Program-made: the position numbers and the translations under genes | Shown: piece after piece, positions 12,111 to 23,200 of the stretch | Layout of the letters: each line of letters begins with the position of its first letter | Position numbering within the stretch: position 1 is the first letter of the stretch | Notes under the pieces: generated by a model | The model's database searches: none | Seen by the model: the letters and a program-made list of their open reading frames with translations, nothing else | What the model was told of the DNA's origin: nothing | Source of the DNA: Octopus sinensis | Lineage: Eukaryota | DNA: 64,000 nucleotides | Assembly (NCBI RefSeq): GCF_006345805.1 | Contig: NC_043018.1 | Span: 24,056,001 to 24,120,000 of the forward strand | Direction of reading: 5' to 3'

Positions 12111-12705
12111 AATCCTATGACCTCTTTTGAGCTAAAATCATTTGTTGCGTCTAAAACTGAGACAACATTGTCCTACTATTTTCCCAATAGTAGGAGCCTT
12201 TGTGAGTGGATTTGGTAGATGGAAACTGAAAGAAGCCTGTTGTGTGTGTGTGTATGTATATGTAAAAGACCCCCTTCGGTCATGACTGATCATGAGATTG
12301 CACCTAGAAAGTTCTGAGTCACAAGTCCGGGCATATATACCAGCATCCCCTTTCCACACCACTGATGTTATCCTAGGGAAAGGCAAAGGCTGAGAGAACA
12401 AGGCCCCAGTGACATCACAGCTCATTGAACTGGAGCAACGTGAAATAAAGTGCCTTGCTCAGAAACACAACATGCAGCCAAGTCCAGAAGTTGAACTCAC
12501 AACCTCACAATTGTAAGCCTGATGCTGTAACCACTGAGCCACCATGTGCCTTCACTATAAAATACATTTTTATATATACTAGGAAGTTGATTGTTATGGC
12601 TGGTCTGAGAGTGACTATTGGGTTTGCACCTATAAAACCCTTGGGCATATAGGCAACTTGTGAGACTCAACTCACCAAAGGCACATAACCTCTCTAATGC
12701 AAGAA

Positions 12706-12860
12706 ATTAAACAACAAATAGCTTACAAACTATAGAATTTTCTCAAGAAAGCCAAGAGAAAAAGATGTTTTATGTAACACATTCTACCAGTATACGAAGT
12801 TTAAAAGTTTAGTTACAAAGAAATTATTTTAAAAATCTGCCGGTCAAAGCGAAAAGATCC
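12706..12860 (+). mobile_element. Partial arm of the 6544-6958 MITE family
   Basis: Homologous to 6800-6958, ends GAAAAGATCC. Confidence 0.7.
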
Positions 12861-12861
12861 G

Positions 12862-12935
12862 AAATTGGTTGTGTAGTTATCAAGTTTTAGGGATTCACAC
12901 AGACAGACAGGCATTCTCAGTTTTATATATATAGA
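12862..12935 (-). mobile_element. Helitron 5'-end fragment
   Basis: Matches 2005-2080 (aattggttgtgtagtt...ttctcagttttatatat). Confidence 0.65.
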
Positions 12936-13210
12936 TACACATATATGACGTGCTTCCACACAGTTTCCGTCTATCAAATTCATACATATCGAACTAGTCA
13001 ACTCGGGGTAATAAATAAAAGGCACTTGTCCCAGGTGTCGTGCAGTAAGCCTGAACTCGAAACTACCCGATTGCAAAGCAAACTCCTTAAGTTACACACA
13101 CACACATTTATATAAATATGTATGTTTTTCGGCATGTATGAATGTAGGTCTATAGTGCGTGTGCGTATAAATATTATTTTTTCACGTCCTACCGTAAACG
13201 GAACTAGAAT

Positions 13211-13226
13211 AATTTGGCGCCAAATT
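13211..13226. promoter_or_regulatory. Palindromic E2F site in the PRIM1 promoter/5' UTR
   Basis: Perfect 16-bp palindrome AATTTGGCGCCAAATT with TTTGGCGC on both strands, 33-48 nt upstream of the ATG. Confidence 0.7.
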
Positions 13227-13258
13227 TCACCGTACCAGTGAAGACAACAAACTTAATA

Positions 13259-13370
13259 ATGCCAACCAAAAGCACATACGATCCTGAGATTTTACCAAAT
13301 TTATTGCCAGCTTATTACAAATATCTCTTTCCATTTAATCCCTATTGTACATGGCTTCGATACGGTGTCG
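13259..13370 (+). CDS. PRIM1: PRIM1 exon 1 ([37 protein letters not shown])
   Basis: ATG at 13259; resembles the PRIM1 N-terminus (DP..LP.LL..YY..LFP...Y..WL.YG); donor GTAAGT at 13371, phase 1. Confidence 0.93.
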
Positions 13371-16300
13371 GTAAGTTTGTTTTGAGCATTTTTTTTTAAT
13401 GTTAAAGAAATGTTTGACAACTTTCTTCCGCTTCTCGTCCTAATTTTTAAAGTTGATTTGAAACTTTTCAAGTATTTTGTTTTCAGCTTTCTCTTTCCTT
13501 ATAATTTTCCTTATATTGTTTGTTTAATTTATATTTTTCGGTGTTTGTTAAGCTTGCTTCCCAACCACATTCTCTATGTTCAGTCCCACTATGTGATATC
13601 TTAGGCATGTGTCTGCTACTATAAGCCTTGGGCCGATCAAAGCCTTTTATTAGTGGATTTCGTAGACAGAATTTAGAGTCTCGAAAGCATAAGTCTGCAA
13701 AACTTCATTTAAAGCAATTAGGGCATTCCTTCGATATAACTCGACAAAATCGAGACATTTCACTTCAGGTATTCCCGTGGGTTGTGGAGTATAAATATAA
13801 CGAAATTATGCCGGCAATGTCTCGTTTTAACTTGAAGGAAAATAAAAGCCTTGCATATTTATAATAATAATAATAAAACATTGTGTACAGTGCTCAGATG
13901 CACTACAACTCATCTAAAGTGTATATATAATCAGGTGTAGTTTCGGCGGATTTTGGAAAGCATGAGGGCCTTAAAGGATTTTGTTATTGCTTGTTTCATG
14001 TGTGTATGTAAAATCCGCAAATTTCCAAGCAGAAAACAGAATCGAACTGTCATTTGCTTCCACGGAAATACCCGAAGTGAAATGTTTTGATTTTTGTCGA
14101 GTTATATCGAAAGAATGCCTTTTTTTGTAACCCTGGTACTTATTCTGTCAGTCCCTTTTGCCGAACTGCTAAGTTATGGAGATGTAAACACACCAGCACC
14201 GGTTGTCAAGCGGCGTGGGTGGGGTACAGATAAAAACACACACACACACATACACATACGATGGGCTTCTTTTAGTTTCTATCTACTGAATCCACTCACA
14301 AGGCTTTGATTGGCCTGAGATTATAGAAGACAATTGCCCAAGGTGCTACGCAGTGGGACTGAACCCGGAACCATGTAGTTTGGCAGCAAGCTTCTTATCC
14401 CCCCAGCCATTCCTGCACATATTTATTTCACTATTTTGCTTCTTTGCAGCCCAGAAAAGTTATTTTTCTCTCAGAGAGTTTTCTTTCACCCTAAAAGACG
14501 ATGTTTACATTCGGTATCAATCTTTTAATGACCAAAAGGAACTTGAAACAGAAATCTGCAGCATTTGCCCATACAAAATCGATGTTGGTGCTGTGTTCTC
14601 ACATAAGGTGATACTTTCTTCCTTAAAATCCTTAAAAATGTTTTAGCCCGAAGGCCGCGGCCATGCTGGGGCACCACCGCTTATTTATTTTTATAAATTA
14701 TTATTTTTATTCTTTTCTTTTATTTTTTACTTGTTTCAGTCATTTGACTGCAGCCATGCTAGAGCACTGCCTTGAGTCGAAGAAATCAACTCAGGATTTA
14801 TTCTTTGTAAGCCTAGTACTTATTCTATCAGTCACTTTTGCCAAACTACTAAGTTATGGGGACGTAAACACACCAACATCGGTTGTCAAGCCTTGTGAGG
14901 TGGGGGACAAACACAGATATACAAATACATATATATATACATAGATACACACACACAACGGGCTTCTTTCAGTTTCCGTCTACCAGATCCACTCACAAGG
15001 CTTTGGTCGACCTGAGGCTACCAGATCCACTCACAAGGCTTTGGTCGACCTGAGGCTATAGTAGAAAACACTTGCCCGAGGTGCCACACAGTGGGACTGA
15101 ACCTGGAACCATGTGGTTGGAAAGCAAACTTCTTACCACACAGCCACTCCTCTTAATTATTTAATTCTTTCATTGTCTTTTTTTGGTTTTTTTTTTTTCG
15201 TCCCTTCATTTAATATTATATCTCATACCGTGTAGCACCACATCTTTGAGAATGAGGAACCTGATTGAGTTCATTCCGTTTTGTTAGTGTTTCTACAACT
15301 CAACACCAAAACTCTGCATCAGGGGTTCTCAACCAATTTTTATCCATGGACCCCTTTGACTACTATGATTATGGTTGATCTCCATAATCATCATCATCAT
15401 CGTTTAATGTCTGCTTTCCATGCTAGCATGGGTTGGACGATTTGACTGAGGACTGGTGAACCAGATGACTGCACCAGGCTCCAATCTGATCTGGCAGAGT
15501 CTCTACAGCTGGATGCCCTTCCTAATGCGAACTGCTCCGAGAGCGTAGTGGGCGCTTTTACGTGCCATCGACACGGCCAGTCAGGCGGTACTGGCAATGG
15601 CCACGCTCAAGTGGTGTTTTTTATGTGCCTTCAATATTTGAAATCTAGTTTTATAGAAGCTTCTTTCAAAATTCGTTTTTTATGTTTTTCGCACATTTTC
15701 TTGTGTAGTTTGAACTATGTAAAATGTCAGAGAAAGAAGTCTAGCTATTTCTTGCAATGCATACCAATAAGGCAAAATATTTTTAGGGGCCCTTAACCCT
15801 TTAGCATCCAGATTACTCTGTTGAATGTAATACTTATTTATTGACATTGTTTTGTATTAATCATGCATTATGTTGTAGCTCTGAAATTTCGATGATGTGA
15901 TTGTTTTTAGACTGACTTTGTAGGCTAAGTGTAACAGGCCTGATCCAGCCAGTTTAACCATAAAGTAGATAGAGTATTTGAGTAGAATCATGAGTCCAAC
16001 ACCTTAACCACTAAGCCATGCACCTCCACTGAGAGTGATATTATAATTTATTAATTGAACTCTTGGGACACAAAACTCTACTTGCAAAGACCTGTTGAGG
16101 CAAGTGAAAATCAAAATCGAAATCAATCAACATCAATGGAAATTGTAGCTGTGATACCAGTGCTGGTGGCACGTAAGAGAATCATCCGAATGTGGCCCTT
16201 GCCTGCGCCACCCCAACTGGCCTCCGTGCCGGTGGTACGTAAAAAGCACCATCCAATCGTGGCCATTGCCAGCCTCGTCTGGCACGTAAAAAGCACCCAC

Positions 16301-17160
16301 TACACTCATGGAGTGGTTGGCATTAGGAAGGGCATCCAGCTGTAGAAATAGTGCCAGATCAAACTGGGCCTGGTGCAGCCTTCTGGCTTCCCAGACCCCA
16401 GTTGAACCGTCCAACCCATGCTAGCATGGAAAACGGATGCTAAACGATGATGATGAATGCAACATAGATATTTTTCCCTCTTGTACACATAAGGAGAAAT
16501 AGGCTCACACACAGAAACAGAGAGAGAAAATGAGAGAAGTATTAAAAGGTTTTATGTCAGTTAAGTCAGCGTCAAATCAGCAATGCCAAATGGGTGGTGC
16601 CAAAACGGCTGTGCCAAAACTTCTCGTAACTTCTATTCAGCTGTCTGAGCACATGAACATATTTTACAGGTGATCTTACCTTACTACTAACTACTCCTAT
16701 ACAATTATTATTACATATGAAGATTTCTTTCTGCATCAAGTTGCTTTCACCCTGAAGAAACTATAACTACAATTTGTCTCTTGCAGCCCAAAATGTACAA
16801 AACCATCAAAGCAAACAGTTTTGTGGCAGAAGAGAAAGAATTGGTCTTTGATATTGATATGACAGATTACGATGATGTCAGGAACTGCTGCTCGTAAGAT
16901 CTTCCTCATTTTTGTTCTTGTTATTATTATATGCATTTTTTTTGTCTTTTATTGGTTTCAGTCATTGGCCATGCTGGGGTACCACTTTCAAGGCTGTTAG
17001 TCAATCTTTGATTCCAGTATTTGTTGTAGCCTGGTGCTTAGTCTCTGTTTGATTTTGACCGAATTTCCCTTTTTTTTTTTTTTTTTTCCACCAAAGTAAT
17101 TTTGATATAAAGGAAGGGAAGTAACTCGACACACCTGTAAAATACAGGAACATGTGGACA

Positions 17161-17214
<54 letters not shown>

Positions 17215-20200
17215 TTATATTGAACAAGATGCCATAGATTGAGATTTTACTTGGACCGATGTGCTTGAAAAGTGAATTCTTAATACAGTGCTCCTTGGCA
17301 GAATAATTATTGCCAGCTCTTTACATTCTGAGTTCAAATCCTACCACAGTCAGAAACTACTCCCAATGTTTTACGTCTTTTACCTAAGCTAAAAACTAAC
17401 AGAATTGTTAGCATGTCAGACAAAATGCTCTACCGCATTTCTTCCAGCTCTTTACATTCTGAGCTCAAATTCCACCCATGTCGACTTTACCATGATACTT
17501 GATCTTACTTTAGGATGTGTTAGCTCTAGATTTGAACTAGGAAACATTCTTTTTACCCTAAGTCTATGTTTTTATTCGCCGTGTTCAAATGTTTCATGCA
17601 CCAATAGCCTTAATAAAATATGGATACTGCTATCTCTGGTTTAGAAATGAAGCTACCTATTTCAAATACTGCTTAAGTCTATTTTAAGAATAGGATTCCG
17701 GATGGGATTTGGCCACAAAAGTCTGTCAAAATCCTCATTTAATGTCCACTTCGCATGAGTTGGATAGTTTGGCAGGAACTGGTTAAAACCATGGACTGTA
17801 CTAGGCTTCATGGTTTCTACAGCTGGTTGCCTTTCCTCATGCCAGCTATTTTGCAGAGTGTGCTGGGTGCTTTGTATGTGGGGTGAGGACCAATGCTTTT
17901 TACAACCTGCATGGTTCAGGGTTCAGTCCCACTGTATGGCACATTGGGCCTGCTGTAGCATGTGACCAGCCAAAGTCTTGTGAGTGAATTTTGTAAATGG
18001 AAACTGAAAGAAGCCCATCAGGTGTGTGTGTGTGTTTCTGTCTGTCCCCCACCACTATTTGACAACTGCTGTTGGTGTATTTACATCCCTGTAACTCAGC
18101 AGTTTGGCAAAAGAGATTGCTAGAATAAAGTCCAGGCTTTGAAATAAATAGCCATTGTAAAGGGTCTGGTTAACAGTTTGGAAAATCATTATGTTAATTT
18201 TTATTTTTATTTTTTTTTTTTGTGTTAATGTTTCAGTGGTGCCCAGATTTGTAAGAAATGTTGGCCCCTAATGATTATAGCAATCAAAATCCTGGACAAA
18301 GCATTAAGAGGTAAGTGTCTGGTTGTTTTTGTAACTCTTAAGGTTTGTGGATTTGAAACAAAACTGTACATTGTGATGCTGAATGGTAAGCAAAGGATGG
18401 CTATGTATGGGGAGGACGTGTAGAGACTGAATAAAATGGGGCAAGCATCCTCTGTTGGAGTGAAGGCACATGGCTTAGTGGTTAGAGTGCTAGGCTCAGG
18501 ATCATGAGATTGTGGTTTCAATTTCTGGGCTGAGCAGTGCATTGTGTTCTAGAGCAAATTACTTAATTTTATGTTGCTCCAGTCCACTTAGCTAGCAAAA
18601 ATTGAATAATCCTGTGCTGGACTGGCATCCAATCCAGATGGGAAACATGTACCAAGGGAAACAGGAAACTGGCTTTGGTCCTCAAACATAAACTTAATTT
18701 TTTTTTTAAGTGATCTTAAATTAAAGCCTTCCATTAAAATTTCATGTTAATTTATCCTCCAAACACCAGCTTAATAACGGCAAAGTTCATGCTTTTCAAA
18801 ATTACCCTTTTCCTACCCAAAGCATTTTCATACGTTTGTCCTAAACATCGATGCTTGTTTTCAGACTTTTAGTTCTCCCTTGTTTCATCCGTTCTGGGTT
18901 ACATAAGGCTTTCCTTTTATGAGTCCCAAGTTATGCTAGTGGTTGGAAAAAATTAGGATGTGTACGATATATGGTGCATGGATGCCAGGAAAATGTGTTT
19001 TGTGTGTTACATCTGATAGACAAGACAGGCAAAGGGTCAATTGAAAGAAAGGCAGTTAATTCAATAGAATTTGGTTACAAAAGGTTCAAAGCCAGGAAAT
19101 ACTTGAACCCTGATTGGTTATTGTCCCTTTAGAAATTTGAAGTAAAATACCTCAATGAAGAGCAGCTCTTGTGTATAACACAAAGCTGCTGTTACATAAA
19201 CAAATCTAGATAGGTCATCCAAAAGGTCATTTGATTAATTAGCAAAATGTTCCTTACCCTCAGGTTACAACTGATAGCTTACATAAAAATGTGTCCATAC
19301 TTTCCTGCCTCTTCTGTCTCTACTCTGACTGCTTCATCTCAGACATTCTCATATTTAATTGAAAAATAAAAATTTTTTCCAAACTTGTTTCATTCTTTAA
19401 ATTATGTATTTGTCTTTTCTCAGATGATTTTGGTTTTGACCATTTGCTGTGGATCTATTCTGGGCGCCGAGGTGTTCACTGTTGGGTGTGCGACAGTACA
19501 GCACGCAAACTCACCCCAAATGGCAGAGCTGCTATTGCAGAATATCTAAGTGTTGTCAAGGTTTGTAAATGTTATTTTGAAACTGTTGCTGTTGATTGGG
19601 ACTCCGGGACCCCTAGTCATAAACCTGGTCCAGCAGCCTTTATTAATTAACCCTTTAGCATTCAGATTAGTTTGTCAAATGTGAAGAGTAAAAGACCCCC
19701 TTTGGTCATGAATGACCATGGGATTGCACCCACAAAGTTACCCTCTGAGGCACAAGTCCGGGCAAGTTTGTTTATGGGTGACCAGCAGTCGCCCATGCAC
19801 ACCAGCCTCCCCTCTCCATGCCACCAATATCGTCCAAGAGAAAAGCAAAGGCTGATGCAGCTTGGGACCAGTGAAATCGCAACTCATTTCTATAGCTGAA
19901 CGAACTGGACCAACATAAAATAAAGTATCTTGCTTAAGAATACAACACACAGCCCATCTGGGAATTGAACTCACTACCTCATGATTGTGAGCCTGACGCT
20001 CTAACCACTGGGCCATGTGCCTTCACTAATGAAATGCTTATTTATTTACATTGTTTGGAATTAGTCATGCATTATCTTGTAGCTTTGAGATTTTGATTAT
20101 GGAATTGTTTACTTTTAGTATGACATTGTAGGGTAGGTGTAAGAGGCCAGATATGGCCAGATTAAATGCTAAAGGGCTGAAAGCATTCTAAGCTTAAACC

Positions 20201-23200
20201 TTCGTTTCTGTCTGGCTGTTTTTTTCTTTTTTTGCAATGAAGACATCATCGTCATCATCCAACCCATGCCAGCATGGCATGGGTTGGACGGTTTGACTGG
20301 GGGCTGGCAATCCAATCTGGCAATGGATTGGCTCCAATCCAATCTGGCAATGTTTCTACAGATGGATGCCCTTCTTAACGCCAACCACTCCAAGAGTGTA
20401 GGGGGTGCTTTTTACATGCCACCAGCATGAGGGCCAGTCAGGTGGTACTGGCATCGACCATGCTCGAATGGTGTTTTTTGTGTGCCACTGGCACAGATGC
20501 CAGTCAAGTGGTACTGTCATCAGCCACGACAATGATTTCAGGTCTTCGCAAGTGCAGTTTATTGTCCAATGATTGAAGGGTACTCTTAAATGGGCTGGTT
20601 AAGCTGCACTGGCATAGGCCATGGTTACTTTATTTAGAATTACATTACTTAATACCACCGTCATTTTTTAAGGCAATGGGGTGTGATTTGGCTGCTATAT
20701 CTAGCAGTAACTATGTAACAGCTGCCTGTCTGATCAAATTTTCTATTATGCTACAGGATGGAAAAGGTGAAATCGAGAATCAGAATGATGCATGCAGTTT
20801 TTATTTTTCTGGTTTACGATTGACTAAGTTGTGAGGACATGTAGTGTAGGGGTTAGTGATCATAAAATTGTGGTTTCAATTCCTAGCCCAGGCAATGCAT
20901 TAAGAAACTTGTTCCCCAACCACATGGTTCAAGATTCAGTCCCACTGTGTGACACCTTAGGCAAGTGTCTTCTTGTCAACACTTGGGTAAAGAAAGGACA
21001 TCTGGCCATCAAAAATTTGTCTCGGTGAAGTCCATCCAACCCATGCAAACATGGAAAAGCAGCATTAACATGAGGATGATGAACTGCAACTCTTAGAAAA
21101 AATAAACTTGAATAATAGATGCCAGCATGGCTGTGTGGTAAAAGGCTTGCTTTCCAACCACATGGTTGTGGGTTCGGTCCCACTGCATGGCACCTTGGGC
21201 AAGTGTCTTCTAGTATACCCTCAGGTTAACCAAAGCCTTGTGAGTGGATTTGGTAGACAGGAGAAGAAGGAAGCCTTTCGTGTGAATAGATGTGTGTGTG
21301 TCTGTGTTTGTCCAATCACCACTGCTTGACAACTAGTGTTGGTATGCTTATGTCCCCAAAAGGAGACCGATAGAATGGGTACAATGCTTTAAAAAATGAT
21401 TTGATCAACTACAAAGTCTTCAGGTTGTGGCCCCAGCATGGCCACAATCTAATGACTGAAACAATTTTAAAAAATAAAAGATAACAAATACAAAAATGAA
21501 TTCCTTAAAAGAAAAAAAAAGTACAAACAAAATATTAATTACATTGAATTCTAATTTAAGATATTTTATTTTTCCTTCAGTTTTGACTTCAATCATTAGA
21601 ATATAAAAAATTACATATTAGATTTAACTGCTAAACTCCTGGTGGATGCCTGTTAATTCAAAGTTTAGTTCAGAGATTTATGGCATACGTTAACTCTTTT
21701 AACTGCATCATTAAATTTCATGGTTATTCCTGCGATGATGTTAATGATCCGCCACAAAACAGAATTGATATTTTCTGCTTCTGAAGTACTTTTTCAATAC
21801 CATTTTTATATCGGCCACTAATTTATTTTATTCTTGCCCTGTAAAGAGATATTTGATGACACATGTAAAAAAAAAATTAAGAAAATCCGTAAAGGTTTTT
21901 TTTTTTCTTCTTTTCCAAATCTTGTGTTAAAACCATTTGCCGCAGTTAATAGCAATAAAATTTTGAGCGGGTATATCCACTCCGTGTTCAAACGATTAAT
22001 GTCCCAAGACCAGGGGAGATAATTACTCTACAGGTTATGTGATTATCAATTTTCATCATGAAGACTGAAGTAGTTCATCAGTCTAGTGAATTAGCTCCCC
22101 TTTAGTGTTAACTGTCTGAAATATAACCTCTGTCTTTGGAAGGCGGCGAGCTGGTAGAAACGTTACCACGCCGGGCGAAATGCGTAGCCGTATTTCGACT
22201 GCCGTTACGTTCTGATTTCAAATTCCGCTGAGGTCGACTTTGCCTTTCATCCTTTCGGGGTCGATAAATTAAATACCAGTAACGCACTGTTCTTGTTTGT
22301 CCCCTCTGTATTTAACCCCTTGTGGGTAGTAAAGAAATATATAACCTCTGTCTTTGGAGGCGATGTTAATGAAATAGAAGAAACCCAATATGGAAGGGTT
22401 GTTAGTTATGTATATGGAACATGTTGAAAATAATCTGCAGCATCTTGTAATAGTATTACAGTCAAGACTAGTTGTTTTATATCTTACTTTGATAGTGGCC
22501 TTATTTCTGAACTAACATATATATGTGTGTGTGTGTGTATTATACATGTATCCATAATACAAACACACACATATATGTATATATATCTTTTGATGTGGTG
22601 TACATGCAAGGTATTCATTCAATGTAGATACAGTGTGGTTCAATAAAGATGAATGAATAAAACATGCCCTTGGATTAACTATGTATATGTGTGACTTTGT
22701 AAATATGTCCACGGGTGTTAGACGGGTGGAGTTTGAAAAGGTGCTCAGAGTTATTGTTTGTACGATATATTTTTAGTGATTGATTTTTAAGTACAAGAAG
22801 GTGGGGGAGTCGACTTTGAGACGGCATTGTATTTGAGTGAATGTGGTGTATGTGTGTCTGCATGTATTTAAGAGAGGGTGCTGAAAAGTTCCTGGCTTTA
22901 AGGGTATTGCAAAAGGCCCAGTTGGAGACCCAACTTTCTGAGTTCTTTTACAGGGTTCAGAAAAACTGAAGGGCCACTACAATAAGTGTGTAGATCTGAG
23001 AGGAGAATATGTTGTATAAAATCATAATTAACCGATCCTCCTGTAATTTTCTTTTACCCAGAGCCAGGAAGTTTCCAGCATCCCCTCGTGTGTGTGTGTG
23101 ATGAGAACATATAGATATATGTGCACGTGAACACCATGTGGTATTTTTCTTTCTTATTCCTAGGGTGGTGAAAATAATTTGAAGAAAGTAGTTTTGCAGG

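Noticed and set aside
13214-13258. N-terminal extension of PRIM1 shown in the ORF track (MAPNFT...)
   Set aside because: Starts at TTG under a bacterial-style code and overlaps the E2F palindrome; homology begins after ATG 13259
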